A stretch of DNA of 64,000 nt from Ignavibacteriota bacterium (GTDB taxonomy: Bacteria > Bacteroidota > Ignavibacteria > UBA10030 > SZUA-254), in NCBI GenBank assembly GCA_025358305.1, contig JANYJZ010000007.1, forward strand, positions 1,738-65,737, read 5' to 3'. Shown here piece after piece: positions 27,932 to 38,833 of the stretch (position 1 is the stretch's first letter; each line of letters starts with the position of its first letter). The position numbers and the translations under genes are program-made. The notes beneath the pieces were generated by a model. The model made no database searches and was not told where the DNA came from. It worked only from the letters and a program-made list of their open reading frames with translations.

Positions 27932-27988
27932 TGACAATAGTTGAAGCACTTGTCCGCGGACCACAAGAAGGTCCGCGGAAGATGAAAC

Positions 27989-28387
27989 TTAACGCTTCGA
28001 GAACTGGAAGCGCTTGCGGGCCTTTTTCTGGCCGTACTTCTTGCGCTCGACCATGCGCGGATCGCGCGTCATGAGGTCCTGGGCCCGAAGCTTCGGCTTG
28101 AGCTCGGCGTTGATCTCGACCAGGGCGCGCGAAATGCCCAAGCGCACCGCACCGGCCTGGCCGGAAAGGCCGCCGCCGTTGACGTTTGCGACGACGTCGT
28201 ACTTGCCTGCCGTCTCGGTGGCGATAAAGGGGGACATGATCTCGCTCCGCATGGTGTCGACGGGGAAATACGTTTCCAAGGCCTTGCGGTTCACCTGGAA
28301 CTTGCCCGTACCGGGCTTCAGGATGACGCGGGCGACCGAGGTCTTCCTGCGGCCGGTGGCCATCGTGTTATGGATGTGTGTTGCCAT
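27989..28387 (-). CDS. rpsI: 30S ribosomal protein S9
   Basis: [45 protein letters not shown]. Confidence 0.98.
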   Translation of the reverse strand: MATHIHNTMATGRRKTSVARVILKPGTGKFQVNRKALETYFPVDTMRSEIMSPFIATETAGKYDVVANVNGGGLSGQAGAVRLGISRALVEINAELKPKLRAQDLMTRDPRMVERKKYGQKKARKRFQFSKR

Positions 28388-28396
28388 GGATGCTCC

Positions 28397-28840
28397 TTAG
28401 AATTTCAGTGGCTCGGGTTTTTGGGCCGCGTGGGGGTGCTCTGTGCCCCTGTACACTTTCAGCTTTTTGATGACCTGCGCGCCGAGGCGGTTGTGCGGGA
28501 TCATCCCTTTGACGGCATGCATGACGACCCGTTCCGGCTTCGTCTTCATCAGCTGCTTGTAGGAGTCGACCACGGCGCCGCCGGGATACCCGGTGTGGTG
28601 AAAGTAGGTCTTGAGCTCCGTCCGCTTGCCGGTGACCTTCACCTTGTCCGCGTTGATGACGACGACGAAATCGCCGCAGTCCGCGTTCGGCGTGAAGACC
28701 GGCTTGTGTTTGCCGCGAAGCACATGCGCGATGCGGCTGGCCACGCGACCGAGCACCTGTCCGCTCGCGTCGACGATGTACCATTTCTTTTCGACCTCAC
28801 TCTCGTTGAAAAAGTGGGTCAAACGCTGGGGTAATGCCAC
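28397..28840 (-). CDS. rplM: 50S ribosomal protein L13
   Basis: WYIVDASGQVLGR, KHKPVFTPNADCGD, HHTGYPGG. Promoter TTGCCT-17-TAGATT at 28923-28895. Confidence 0.98.
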   Translation of the reverse strand: MALPQRLTHFFNESEVEKKWYIVDASGQVLGRVASRIAHVLRGKHKPVFTPNADCGDFVVVINADKVKVTGKRTELKTYFHHTGYPGGAVVDSYKQLMKTKPERVVMHAVKGMIPHNRLGAQVIKKLKVYRGTEHPHAAQKPEPLKF

Positions 28841-29056
28841 TGGGAATTCCTTAAAATTGAGTCAAAAAGATGAGGTTTGAATTCAGAGCATATAAATCTA
28901 CAGAAAAAATCACTCAGAGGCAAGGAAAATATGGACTTGCCAGCCGTTCCTTCCACTCGCGCGCGCATAACGTCGGCGGGCGGGTATCATCGCGCCAGTG
29001 CACCGCATGATGGAGCATTTCCATTCGCCCTGGCCTCTTCCGATGGATGCTACGGC

Positions 29057-29938
29057 TTAGACCTGGTTCTCCGCGTGGTACGAGCTCCGGACCAGGGGGC
29101 CCGACTCGACATGGGAGAAGCCGAGCTCGAGGCCCTTCTCCTTGAACATCCGGAACTCGGCCGGATCGACGTACCGGTCGACCGGGAGGTGCTCCTTTGT
29201 CGGCTGGAGATACTGTCCAAGGGTGAGGATGTCGCACTTGTTCGTCCGGAGGTCGCGCATGACCTCGAGGACCTCGTCGGGCCGCTCGCCGATGCCGAGC
29301 ATCATGCCCGTCTTCGTCAGGAACCCCCGGGCCTTCGCTCTGGCGAGGAGTTCCAAGGTGCGCTCGTACCGGGCTTGGGGCCGGACGATGTGGTAGAGCC
29401 GGGGCACCGTTTCCGTGTTGTGGTTCAGGATGTCGGGGAAGGCGGCAAGGACGATATCGAGCGCGAACTCGTCGCCCTTGAAGTCCGGAATGAGCACCTC
29501 GATCTTCGTCGCCGGATTGAGCGCGCGCGTTTGCCGGATCGTCTCGGCGAAGATCATCGCGCCTCCGTCGTAGAGCTCGTCGCGGTTCACCGAGGTGATC
29601 ACGGCGTGGCGAAGCTTGAGCATCCGGACCGCCTCGGCGACCCTCGCCGGTTCGTCGGCGTCGAGTTCGGTCGGTTTGCCGGTCTTGACGGCGCAGAACC
29701 CGCAGCTCCGGGTGCAGACGTCCCCGAGGATCATGAACGTCGCCGTGCCGCTGTTCCAGCACTCCCCCATGTTCGGGCAGCGCGCTTCCGCGCAGACCGT
29801 GTGGAGCTTGTGCTGCTCCACGAGCCCCTGCAACCGGGCATAGTTCTCCCCGGCCGGGATCCGTGCCTTGAGCCATTCAGGCCTGCGTGCGCGCGGCGCC
29901 GTCGCCTCAACGGCGGGCGCCTGGATCGTGATCTCCAT
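29057..29938 (-). CDS. lipA: Lipoyl synthase
   Basis: CxxxxCxxxxxC ([12 protein letters not shown]), [12 protein letters not shown]. Confidence 0.97.
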   Translation of the reverse strand: MEITIQAPAVEATAPRARRPEWLKARIPAGENYARLQGLVEQHKLHTVCAEARCPNMGECWNSGTATFMILGDVCTRSCGFCAVKTGKPTELDADEPARVAEAVRMLKLRHAVITSVNRDELYDGGAMIFAETIRQTRALNPATKIEVLIPDFKGDEFALDIVLAAFPDILNHNTETVPRLYHIVRPQARYERTLELLARAKARGFLTKTGMMLGIGERPDEVLEVMRDLRTNKCDILTLGQYLQPTKEHLPVDRYVDPAEFRMFKEKGLELGFSHVESGPLVRSSYHAENQV

Positions 29939-29939
29939 C

Positions 29940-31262
29940 TTAGATCGCCTGTTTGTCGTCGAAGTTCTCGAGGAGCTTCACGATCGTCTCCAGGAACGAG
30001 CCGCCCAGGGCCCCGTCGACGATGCGATGGTCGAAGGAGAGCGTGAAGTACGCGATCGACCGAATGGCGATGGCGTCGTTGATGACGACGGGGCGCTTCT
30101 CGATCGCTCCCGTCCCCAGTATCGCGACCTGGGGCTGGTTGATGATCGGCATGCCGATCATCGTCCCGAAGACGCCGTAGTTCGTCAGGGTGAACGTGCC
30201 CCCTTCGATGTCCGCGATGGCGAGCTTCTTCGTGCGGGTACGCGTGGCGAGGTCGTTCACCGCCCGGGCGAGGCCGATGAAGTTCTTCTCCTCCGCGTTC
30301 TTGATGACCGGGACGATGAGCCCGTTCTCGCTCGCGACCGCGATGCCGAGGTTGATGAACTTCTTCACGATGATCTTGTCCCCCTCCACCGACGCATTGA
30401 CGAGGGGGAAGAGCTTGAGGGCCTTGACGACGGCGTCGCAAATGAACGGCGTGTAGGTGAGCTTGAACCCTTCGCGCTTCTCGAACGACTCCGCGTTCTT
30501 CCGGCGCGCAGCGTCGACGCGCGTCATGTCGACCTCGTGGATCGCCTGGACGTGCGGGGAGGTGTGGACGCTCTTGACCATGTGTTCCGACATCTTGATG
30601 AGCACGTTGCTCATCTGGAGGATGTCGTATTGGGGAGCGGGGTATTTCTTCGCCAGGTCGCCCGTGTCGACATGCTTCAGGTTCGACTCGATACGCGGGG
30701 CTTGGGGGCTCGGGGGTGCCGCCGGAACGCCGAAGTGGATGCCGCCCTGCTTGCGCGCCGCGACGTAGGAGATCAGATCCTTCTTCGAGACCCGTCCCCC
30801 TTCACCCGTTCCGGGTACCTGTTCGAGCTCCGCCATGCCGATCCCCTCCTCGCGCGCGATGTTGAGGACGAGCGGCGAGTAAAACCTTCCGGAAGCGGGA
30901 GCAGTTGTCGGGGCGGGCGGTACGGGTGCGGCCGAAGCCTGCTTGGCCGGCGCGGGTGCCACGGGCGCCGCCTTCGACGGTGTGGCAGCGGCGGCGGCCG
31001 GAGCGCTCACTTTGGCCGACTCATCGGTGTCGATCACGGCGATGACGGTCCGGACGGCGACGGTCTTCTGCTCCTCGAACAGGAGCTTCGTCACAACGCC
31101 GGAGACCGGCGACGGGATCTCGGAATCGACCTTGTCGGTGCTGATCTCGAGGAGCGTTTCGTCCTTGCGGATCTTGTCCCCCGGTTTCTTGTGCCACTTG
31201 ATGATCGTACCCTCGGTGAGACTTTCGCCAAGCTGGGGCATCACCACATCGACATTTGCCAT
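29940..31262 (-). CDS. 2-oxoacid dehydrogenase E2 (dihydrolipoamide acyltransferase), one lipoyl domain
   Basis: TDKVDSE lipoyl site; E3-binding [12 protein letters not shown]...[12 protein letters not shown]; catalytic SFDHRIVDG. Confidence 0.95.
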   Translation of the reverse strand: MANVDVVMPQLGESLTEGTIIKWHKKPGDKIRKDETLLEISTDKVDSEIPSPVSGVVTKLLFEEQKTVAVRTVIAVIDTDESAKVSAPAAAAATPSKAAPVAPAPAKQASAAPVPPAPTTAPASGRFYSPLVLNIAREEGIGMAELEQVPGTGEGGRVSKKDLISYVAARKQGGIHFGVPAAPPSPQAPRIESNLKHVDTGDLAKKYPAPQYDILQMSNVLIKMSEHMVKSVHTSPHVQAIHEVDMTRVDAARRKNAESFEKREGFKLTYTPFICDAVVKALKLFPLVNASVEGDKIIVKKFINLGIAVASENGLIVPVIKNAEEKNFIGLARAVNDLATRTRTKKLAIADIEGGTFTLTNYGVFGTMIGMPIINQPQVAILGTGAIEKRPVVINDAIAIRSIAYFTLSFDHRIVDGALGGSFLETIVKLLENFDDKQAI

Positions 31263-31299
31263 AGGACTCTCTTCTTATGAATGATGAATGTTCAGTCGG

Positions 31300-32277
31300 T
31301 CAGTACGCTGCGAGTGACCGCAGGGCAGACGCGACCTTTTCCGTGTTCGGTAGAAAGAACTCCTCCAAGGGCGGCGCGTACGGCACCGGCGTGTCAATGG
31401 AGGCCATCCTGCGCACCGGTGCGTCCAAGTGTTCAAACGCGTGCTCCGCCACAAGCGCGGCGAGTTCCCCGCCGATCCCTCCGGTGAGGGTCGCTTCGTG
31501 CAATATAAGCACCTTTCCCGTCTTCTTCACCGAAGCGAGGATCGTTTCCGTGTCGAGCGGCGCGAGCGACCTGAGGTCGATGACCTCGACGTCGATACGT
31601 TCCCGGGCAAGCGTCTCGGCCGCCTCCAGGGCCCAGACGACGCCCGTGTGATAGGTCAGGACGGTAATGTCCGTCCCCGGACGCTTGACGTCGGCCGATC
31701 CGATCGGCACGATGACGTCAGCGTCGGGGACCTCGGCCTTCACATGGCGGTAGAGATACTTGTGTTCGAGGAACAGGACCGGGTTCGGATCCCGGATCGC
31801 CGCCTTGATGAGCCCCTTCGCGTCCGCCGGGGTCGACGGCGCGACGATCTTCAATCCCGGGACGTTGAGGAACCACGATTCCGGGTTCACGCTGTGGAAC
31901 GGCCCGCCGTGAACGCCCCCGCCGGACGGGAGCCGCAATACCATGGGCACAGGGACCCCCGTGCGGTAATGGAACTTCGCGACGTTGTTCACGATCTGGT
32001 TGAACGCGTTCGCCGCGAAATCGGCGAACTGCATCTCCGCCACCGGCCGCATGCCGACGATCGCAGCGCCCATGGCGGCGCCGACGATGGCCGCCTCGGC
32101 CAAGACCGTGTCGATGACGCGCTTCTCGCCGAACTCCTCGATGAACCCCTTGGTCACCTTGAACGCGCCGCCGTACGCCCCGATGTCCTCGCCGAGGAGG
32201 AACACGCTCGGGTCTCGGCGCATCTCTTCGCGCAAGCCCTCGCTGATCGCTTCGATGTAGGTCAGGATCTTAGGCAT
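31300..32277 (-). CDS. 2-oxoacid dehydrogenase E1 beta subunit
   Basis: GEDIG..GGAFKVT, DTVLAE, EMQFADF, HSVNPE, DLRSLAPLD. Confidence 0.95.
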   Translation of the reverse strand: MPKILTYIEAISEGLREEMRRDPSVFLLGEDIGAYGGAFKVTKGFIEEFGEKRVIDTVLAEAAIVGAAMGAAIVGMRPVAEMQFADFAANAFNQIVNNVAKFHYRTGVPVPMVLRLPSGGGVHGGPFHSVNPESWFLNVPGLKIVAPSTPADAKGLIKAAIRDPNPVLFLEHKYLYRHVKAEVPDADVIVPIGSADVKRPGTDITVLTYHTGVVWALEAAETLARERIDVEVIDLRSLAPLDTETILASVKKTGKVLILHEATLTGGIGGELAALVAEHAFEHLDAPVRRMASIDTPVPYAPPLEEFFLPNTEKVASALRSLAAY

Positions 32278-33274
32278 CGGCGTAGACGCCTTCTGCCGCT
32301 TCGGGTCCGGGCGGATAGGGAAGCGCCAATGCGTGGGCGGATTCCGTGTCCAAGAGGGTTTCGATCTCCACGAGCACCGCCTTCTTCTTCGCAGCCGTGA
32401 GGATCCCCTCTCCAGTCAGGAGACGCTCGAATCGGTCGATCGGGTCCTTCTTCTTCCCCGCGTCCAAGAGCGCCTTCGGGACGTACCAGGCGTTGTCGTG
32501 GGCGGCGTGGCCGCTCATCCGCATCGTCACCGATTCGATGATCGTCGGGCCGGAACCGGACCGGGCCCGGTCGCATGCCGCCCGGCAGACCCGGTGGACC
32601 TCCAGCACGTCGGTGCCGTCGATGGTGATCCCGGGAATGCCGTAGCCGATCGCGCGGTCGGAAAGCCGCTCGACGAGCGTCTGCTTCGCCAGAGGAGTGG
32701 AATAGGCGAACTGGTTGTTCTCAATGATGAGCACCAACGGCAGCTTCATGGCGGAGGCCATCATGAGGCCCTCGTGGACCTCGCCGATCGATGCCCCGCC
32801 GTCGCCGATGTACGTCAGCGCTACTGCGTTCTCGCCGCGCATGGTGCCGGCCAGAGCGGCGCCGCAGGCCACTGGGATCATCGCGCCGAGGTGGCTGATA
32901 TTGCCGTAGATCCTCAAGTTCGGATCGGCGTAGTGCCCCGTGCCGTCGCGTCCTCGGGTGAGGTTGCCGGCGCGGCCGAGGTGCTGCATCATCATGGCGC
33001 GGACCGACTGGCCCCGAACGAAATGCGCGCCGATGTCCCGGTGCATCGGGAAGAGGTAGTCCTGGGGCTCGAGGGCGAACGCGGAGCCGATCGCGGTCGC
33101 TTCGTTGCCGTACCCGGAGTAGGCTCCCCCGACGACCTTCCCCTGCTGGTAGAGCCGGAGGATCGTGTTCTCGAACTCCCGGTTGAGCACCATGAAGTAG
33201 TACATCTTCAGGAGCGCCTCAGGAGCGGGCCGGGCCGGAGCGCCGGGTTGTTTCAGACGGGGTTTGGTCGCCAT
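32270..33274 (-). CDS. 2-oxoacid dehydrogenase E1 alpha subunit
   Basis: TPP motif GDGGASIGEVHEG...ENNQFA; RMSGHAAHD. Confidence 0.93.
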   Translation of the reverse strand: MATKPRLKQPGAPARPAPEALLKMYYFMVLNREFENTILRLYQQGKVVGGAYSGYGNEATAIGSAFALEPQDYLFPMHRDIGAHFVRGQSVRAMMMQHLGRAGNLTRGRDGTGHYADPNLRIYGNISHLGAMIPVACGAALAGTMRGENAVALTYIGDGGASIGEVHEGLMMASAMKLPLVLIIENNQFAYSTPLAKQTLVERLSDRAIGYGIPGITIDGTDVLEVHRVCRAACDRARSGSGPTIIESVTMRMSGHAAHDNAWYVPKALLDAGKKKDPIDRFERLLTGEGILTAAKKKAVLVEIETLLDTESAHALALPYPPGPEAAEGVYADA

Positions 33275-33276
33275 GG

Positions 33277-35382
33277 TCAGAACGCCGCGAGCTCCTCGAG
33301 CGCCTTGACGATGTCCGCGGTCTGGGGGAGCATGACGTTCTCGAGTCCCGGGCCGTAGGGCACCGGGGCGTCCTTCGCCGCGACGCGCCGAATGGGCGCA
33401 TCGAGGTGCCGGAACCCTTCGGCCGCGACAATGGCGGCGATCTCCGCGCCGAACCCGCCGGTCAGGGTATCCTCGTGGACGATGAGCATCTTGCCGGTCT
33501 TCCTGAGCGACGCCAAAATCGCGTCGGAGTCGAGGGGGTTCAAGGTCCGCAGGTCGATCACCTCGACGTCCGTGCCCGATTCCTGGACGGAGCGAGCCGC
33601 TTCGAGCGACCGTTGTACCATCATGCCCCAGGTGACGATGGTGATATCCGCCCCGGACTTCACCGTGCTGGCGAGCCCGAACGGGATGCAGACATCCGCG
33701 CCCGGCTCTGGCGTCGTGGCGAAGCTCGCGCGATAGAGTCCTTTATGCTCGCAGAAGATGACCGGGTCGTCGCTCCGGCAGGCGGTCTTCAGGAGGCCCT
33801 TCGCGTCGGCGGAGTTCGACGGGAAGACGACCCTGAGCCCCGGAATGTGCGTGAAGAACCCGTCGATGCTCTGGCTGTGGTAGAGCCCGCCGTGGATATA
33901 TCCCCCGACGGCGACGCGCACGACCATCGGGCAGGTCCAGTCATTGTTCGACCGGAACCGGAGCATGGCCACCTCGTCCCGGAGCTGCATGAACGCCGGC
34001 CAAATGTAATCGCCGAACTGGATCTCCACCACCGGCTTGAACCCCCGGACGGCGAGGCCGAACGCGGTCCCGACGATGCTCGCCTCGGCGAGCGGGGAAT
34101 TGAACACGCGGTCCCATCCGAATTTCTTCGTGAGCCCCTTCGTCGCGGTGAAGACGCCCCCCTTCTCGCCGGCGACGTCCTCGCCGTAAATGAGCATCTT
34201 GGGGTTGCGCTCCATCTCTTCCGCCATCGCGTGGTTGATGGCGTCGACCATGACGATCTTTTCCCCTTCGGGGACGCTCGGGGTGTACGACACGGCCTGG
34301 ACCGGCGCGTAGATATGCTTCATGAGGTTGTCGGGGTCCTGCTGGCGCTCCTCTTCGGCCCGATCGGCCGCCCGGTCGATTCGGGCGATGACCTCGCTCT
34401 GGATGGCCTTGATCTGCGCTGCGGTGAGCGTCTTGGTCCGGAGGAGATACTCCTCCATTCGGGGGAGCGGGTCCAGCGTGCGGTCCTTCGCGAGGTCCGC
34501 TTCGGGGCGGTATTTTCGCTGATCGTCCGAGGAGGAATGGGGCAGGAGTCGCACCGTGTGCGCGAGAATGAGCGCGGGCCCCTTCCCCTGGCGCGCCCCG
34601 GCCACGGCCCGAGACGCCGTCTCGAACGAAGCGGCAAAATCGCAGCCATCGACCTCGTACCGGTTGAGGCCGACGTAGCCCTCGGCCAAGTGGAAGATCG
34701 AATCGGCGGCCGTCTGCTCCTTTTTCGTGACGGAGATGGCGTACTTGTTGTCTTGGATGAGGAAGATCACCGGGAGGCGTTCCCGGGCAGCCCAGTTGAG
34801 CGCCTCATGAAACTCCCCTTCGCTCGTCGAGCCTTCGCCGGAGGCGACGTAGACCACCTCGTCGGTCCCTTCCCGGACCGCGCCCAACGCGGTGCCGACC
34901 GCCTGGAGGTACTGCGTGCCCGTGGGGCTCGACTGCGAGACGATGCGCCATTTCTTATGGCCGTAATGGAACGGCATCGCAAACCCGGCGCTCGACGGAC
35001 CGGTCGCCCGGTGGAGCGCTTCGAGGAAGATCTCCTCGACCGTGTAGCCGAATGCGAGCGAGAACCCGAGATCCCGGTAATAAGGGTAGGCCCAGTCGTG
35101 TCCCGGCCTCATCGCCGACGCGGTCGCGACTTGGGCCGCCTCGTGGCCCGATCCGCCGATATGGAAGAAGACCTTTCCCTGCTTTAAGAGGATGAGGATC
35201 TTGTCGTCGGTCTTGCGCGCGGTGAACATCGTCCGGTACGCTTCGACCAGGCGCTTCGGCGTGAGCGCCGGCTCGGAGGCGCCGCCTTTGGGCGACGGCT
35301 TCTCGCCGTTCGTCTTGCCGTTCGGTCCGGTCGGCGGTGCTCCTTCGTGCGATCGAAGTGCGTTCTTTTTTCCTGATGCCAT
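33277..35382 (-). CDS. Fused E1 alpha/beta 2-oxoacid dehydrogenase
   Basis: Alpha half GEGSTSEGEFHEALNWA, HSSSDDQ; beta half GEDVAGEKGGVF, NSPLAEASI, EIQFGDYI, YHSQS. Confidence 0.95.
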   Translation of the reverse strand: MASGKKNALRSHEGAPPTGPNGKTNGEKPSPKGGASEPALTPKRLVEAYRTMFTARKTDDKILILLKQGKVFFHIGGSGHEAAQVATASAMRPGHDWAYPYYRDLGFSLAFGYTVEEIFLEALHRATGPSSAGFAMPFHYGHKKWRIVSQSSPTGTQYLQAVGTALGAVREGTDEVVYVASGEGSTSEGEFHEALNWAARERLPVIFLIQDNKYAISVTKKEQTAADSIFHLAEGYVGLNRYEVDGCDFAASFETASRAVAGARQGKGPALILAHTVRLLPHSSSDDQRKYRPEADLAKDRTLDPLPRMEEYLLRTKTLTAAQIKAIQSEVIARIDRAADRAEEERQQDPDNLMKHIYAPVQAVSYTPSVPEGEKIVMVDAINHAMAEEMERNPKMLIYGEDVAGEKGGVFTATKGLTKKFGWDRVFNSPLAEASIVGTAFGLAVRGFKPVVEIQFGDYIWPAFMQLRDEVAMLRFRSNNDWTCPMVVRVAVGGYIHGGLYHSQSIDGFFTHIPGLRVVFPSNSADAKGLLKTACRSDDPVIFCEHKGLYRASFATTPEPGADVCIPFGLASTVKSGADITIVTWGMMVQRSLEAARSVQESGTDVEVIDLRTLNPLDSDAILASLRKTGKMLIVHEDTLTGGFGAEIAAIVAAEGFRHLDAPIRRVAAKDAPVPYGPGLENVMLPQTADIVKALEELAAF

Positions 35383-35391
35383 GCGTTCTCT

Positions 35392-36099
35392 TTAGTCCGT
35401 AGGTTGCATAATGAGTTCCGGCGCGTCGAACTGTTCGATCGTCCGTCGTTCCACCGGTGCGCCAAAGACCGCGCCAAAATGTTCCGCGACCGCCTTGGAG
35501 ACCTCATCGAGGGAGATTGGGTTCCCACCGAGGAGTTCCTCCATGGAGGTCACCCCCTTATGGAAGATACCGCACGGGATGATGCGGTCAAAATAAGAGA
35601 CGTCCGTACTCACGTTGAGCGCGAACCCGTGCATCGTCACCCACCGGGTCACCTTCACGCCCAAGGCCGCGATCTTGTTCGGGCCGACCCAGACGCCGGT
35701 GAAATCGCTGTCGCGCGTCCCCTCGATGCCGTACTGTGCGAGCGTCCGGATCAAGACCTCCTCAAGATCCCGCAAATAGCGGTGGAGGTCGAGATAATAG
35801 CCGTTCAAATCGAGGATCGGATAGCCGACAAGCTGGCCGGGGCCGTGGTAGGTGATGTCCCCGCCCCTATCGGTCTGGTAGACCCGGGCGCCCGACAGGC
35901 GCAGTTCCTCCGGTCCCGCCAGGAGGTGGTCCTCTTCGCCTGATGTGCCGATGGTGTAGACGTGCTCGTGTTCGGTCAACAGGAGAAGGTCGGGGACCTT
36001 CCCTGCGCGCCTCAAGGCGGCGAGCCGCTTCTGCAGCTCCCAGGCCGTCGCGTACTCGGTGCGCCCTAAGGGCACAACGCCGATCGGGGACCGGGTCAT
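35392..36099 (-). CDS. lipB: Lipoyl(octanoyl) transferase
   Basis: RGGDITYHGPGQLVGYPI, KIAALG, HGFALN, IIPCG. Confidence 0.95.
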   Translation of the reverse strand: MTRSPIGVVPLGRTEYATAWELQKRLAALRRAGKVPDLLLLTEHEHVYTIGTSGEEDHLLAGPEELRLSGARVYQTDRGGDITYHGPGQLVGYPILDLNGYYLDLHRYLRDLEEVLIRTLAQYGIEGTRDSDFTGVWVGPNKIAALGVKVTRWVTMHGFALNVSTDVSYFDRIIPCGIFHKGVTSMEELLGGNPISLDEVSKAVAEHFGAVFGAPVERRTIEQFDAPELIMQPTD

Positions 36100-37493
36100 A
36101 TGCTGATCGCGTGTCCGTAGGCGTTCTCCGCCGCTTCCATGATCGCCTCCGAGAGCGTCGGGTGCGCATGGATGGTGCCGGCGATCCCGTCAACGGTCGT
36201 TTCAAGCGTCTTGGCGACGCAGAGCTCCGCGATCATCTCGGTCGATTCGGATCCGAGGATGTGCGCGCCCAAGAGTTCGCCGTACTTCGCGTCGAAGATG
36301 AGCTTCACCAGTCCGTCGGTCTCCCCGATCGCTCGGGCCTTGCCGCTCGCGCTAAAGGGGAACCGGCCGATCTTGAGCTCCTTGCCGGCGGCAATGGCCT
36401 GTTCTTCGGTCATGCCGACGCTCGCCACTTGGGGCTGGCAGTAGGTACACCCGGGGATGTTCTCGTAATCGATCGGCTGCGGGTTCTTGCCGGCGATCTT
36501 CTCGACGCAGACGATCCCTTCCTTTGCGGCCACGTGCGCGAGCCAGGGAGGGCCGGCGACGTCGCCGATGGCGTAGATGCCTTCGGCGGAGGTCTTGCTA
36601 AAATCATCCGCCTGGATCCAGCTCCGGTCGACCTTCACTCCTGCTTGCTCGAGGCCCATGTTCTCCACGTTCCCCTGGACGCCGATGGCAACCAGGGCGA
36701 TGTCGGCCTTGAGCTCCTTCTTTCCATCCTTGGTCACGACGACGACCTTGACGTCCTTGCCGGTGCCGACGCTTTCGACCTTGCTCTCGGTGAGGATGTC
36801 GATGCCGGACTTCTTGAAGTTGCTCTCGAGGAGCCGGGAGAGCTCCTTGTCCTCGACCGGGAGGATGTTCGGCATCATCTCCACCATCGTCACTTTCGTG
36901 CCGAAGGCGTTGTAGAAATAGGCGAACTCCACGCCGATGGCCCCTGCGCCGATGATGACCATGGACGCCGGCAGCTTCGGCAGGACCATCGCCTCGGCGG
37001 CGGTGATGACCTGCTTCCGATCAATGGTGATGTTGGGGAGCGTCCGGGCCCGCGCGCCGGTGGCGACGATGATGTGCTTCGCGCTCACGGTTTCAACCGG
37101 CTTGCCGTCCTTCGACACTTCGACCATCCCTTTGCCGAGGAGCTTCCCGAACCCGGAAATATGCTCGATCTTGTTCTTCTTGAAGAGGTATTCGACCCCC
37201 TTCGAGTTGATGGTCGCGACCTTGCGGCTCCGGGCGATGATCTTCGGCCAGTCGAAGGAGAGGTCCTTGTAGGAGATCCCGAAATCCGCCGCGTGCTTGA
37301 AGTCGCTGTAGAGCTTCGCGTTCTTCAGGAGCGCTTTCGTGGGTATGCAGCCCCAGTTGAGGCAGACGCCCCCCAGGGCGTCGCGCTCAATGACGGCGGC
37401 CTTCATGCCGAGCTGCGCGGCGCGGATCGCGGCCGTGTATCCGCCGGGCCCGCCGCCGACGACAAGAAGATCGAATGTTCTCTGTGGGGTCAT
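36096..37493 (-). CDS. lpdA: Dihydrolipoyl dehydrogenase (E3)
   Basis: GGGPGG, GGVCLNWGCIPTK, GAGAIG, HAHPTLSE. Confidence 0.97.
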   Translation of the reverse strand: MTPQRTFDLLVVGGGPGGYTAAIRAAQLGMKAAVIERDALGGVCLNWGCIPTKALLKNAKLYSDFKHAADFGISYKDLSFDWPKIIARSRKVATINSKGVEYLFKKNKIEHISGFGKLLGKGMVEVSKDGKPVETVSAKHIIVATGARARTLPNITIDRKQVITAAEAMVLPKLPASMVIIGAGAIGVEFAYFYNAFGTKVTMVEMMPNILPVEDKELSRLLESNFKKSGIDILTESKVESVGTGKDVKVVVVTKDGKKELKADIALVAIGVQGNVENMGLEQAGVKVDRSWIQADDFSKTSAEGIYAIGDVAGPPWLAHVAAKEGIVCVEKIAGKNPQPIDYENIPGCTYCQPQVASVGMTEEQAIAAGKELKIGRFPFSASGKARAIGETDGLVKLIFDAKYGELLGAHILGSESTEMIAELCVAKTLETTVDGIAGTIHAHPTLSEAIMEAAENAYGHAISI

Positions 37494-37645
37494 GGGTGAG
37501 TTCCAAAATGAAACAGAGGGTCTATGCTGATACCCTCTGATTTGAAGTGATTTCAGGATAATGGAAGATTTGCACGGAAAAATATATGAAATAGGGAGTG
37601 AAAAGTCAAAGGAGGCGTACCGAGAGCCCGCGCTCCTTTTTTATA

Positions 37646-37674
37646 TTGCATTTCCTTGGCGAAATCCTTATTAT
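37646..37674 (+). promoter_or_regulatory. Sigma70 promoter of smpB
   Basis: TTGCAT-17-TATTAT, 24 nt before ATG 37699. Confidence 0.55.
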
Positions 37675-37698
37675 TATCCGCACCAAGTCACCCTTACG

Positions 37699-38160
37699 AT
37701 GACCTCCGAAGCACCCAAGGAACGAGCTGTTGTCTCCAACCGGAAAGCTCTCCACGATTACTTCATCATTGAGACCTTCGAGGCAGGCATCGCGCTCAGA
37801 GGGACCGAGGTCAAGTCCTTGCGTCAGGGAGCAGCGAACCTCCAGGACGGCTACGCGCTGATTCGGAAAGGGGAGGTCTGGCTCCTTGGGATGCACATCA
37901 GCCCGTTCGAAAAGGGGAACATCAACAACCACGATCCGCGGCGCGAGCGAAAGCTCCTCCTCCACCGCAGAGAGATCTTCCGGATCGCGGAGAAGATGTC
38001 CGAGAAGGGCCTGACCCTCGTGCCGCTGAAGATCTATCTGAAGAAGAACGTCATTAAGGTCGAGCTCGGGCTCGCAAAAGGCAAGAAGGAATACGACAAG
38101 CGCGCGGCCATCGCCAAGCGCGACGTCGAGCGGCAGCTGCGCCGCGATTACGCGCAGTAG
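37699..38160 (+). CDS. smpB: SsrA-binding protein
   Basis: NRKALHDY, EAGIALRGTEVKSLR, RKLLLHRREI, KKEYDKR. Start moved to 37699. Confidence 0.96.
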   Translation: MTSEAPKERAVVSNRKALHDYFIIETFEAGIALRGTEVKSLRQGAANLQDGYALIRKGEVWLLGMHISPFEKGNINNHDPRRERKLLLHRREIFRIAEKMSEKGLTLVPLKIYLKKNVIKVELGLAKGKKEYDKRAAIAKRDVERQLRRDYAQ

Positions 38161-38217
38161 TCACTGCGATTCGGGAAGTCACCCGTCACCACTCACTTAA
38201 CTCTGGAGAAGCTCACC

Positions 38218-38763
38218 GTGTACGTTCCAACAAGAATGTTCTTCACCAAAGGCGTCGGCCGCCACAAGGATTACCTGCAGTCGTTTGAACTCGCGCTGCG
38301 CGACGCGAAGATCGAGAAATGCAATCTTGTCACGGTCTCGAGCATCTATCCGCCCGGGTGCAAGCGCATCCCGACGGAAGAGGGCCTGAAGGAGCTTCAG
38401 CCTGGGCAGATCACCTTCGCCGTCATGGCCCGGAACGCGACGAACGAGCCCAACCGGCTCATCGCCGCCTCCATCGGCGTCGCCACCCCGGCCGACGCAT
38501 CGCAGTACGGCTACCTTTCGGAGCACCATCCGTTCGGCGAAACCGACGAGAAGGCGGGCGAATACGCGGAAGACCTCGCCGCGACGATGCTCGCGACGAC
38601 CTTGGGCGTCGAGTTCAACGCCGACACCGGCTGGGATGAGCGCGAGAAGATCTACAAGATGAGCGGCAAGATCGTCAAGACGTACAACATCACGCAGTCC
38701 GCCGAAGGGGACAAGAACGGCCTCTGGACCACGGTCATTGCGAGCGCCATCCTCCTGCCGTAA
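38218..38763 (+). CDS. pdaD: Pyruvoyl-dependent arginine decarboxylase
   Basis: [25 protein letters not shown] with the Ser-Ser autocleavage site; GYLSEHH. Confidence 0.9.
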   Translation: MYVPTRMFFTKGVGRHKDYLQSFELALRDAKIEKCNLVTVSSIYPPGCKRIPTEEGLKELQPGQITFAVMARNATNEPNRLIAASIGVATPADASQYGYLSEHHPFGETDEKAGEYAEDLAATMLATTLGVEFNADTGWDEREKIYKMSGKIVKTYNITQSAEGDKNGLWTTVIASAILLP

Positions 38764-38784
38764 GGCAGTCCATTCCGAAGCACG

Positions 38785-38830
38785 AAAAACTGACGGCGGG
38801 GAACTCAAAAGAGTTCCCCGCCGTTTTTTT
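38785..38830. terminator. Bidirectional intrinsic terminator
   Basis: 14-bp stem acggcggggaactc / gagttccccgccgt; T6 on plus and T5 on minus. Confidence 0.85.
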
Positions 38831-38833
38831 CCA

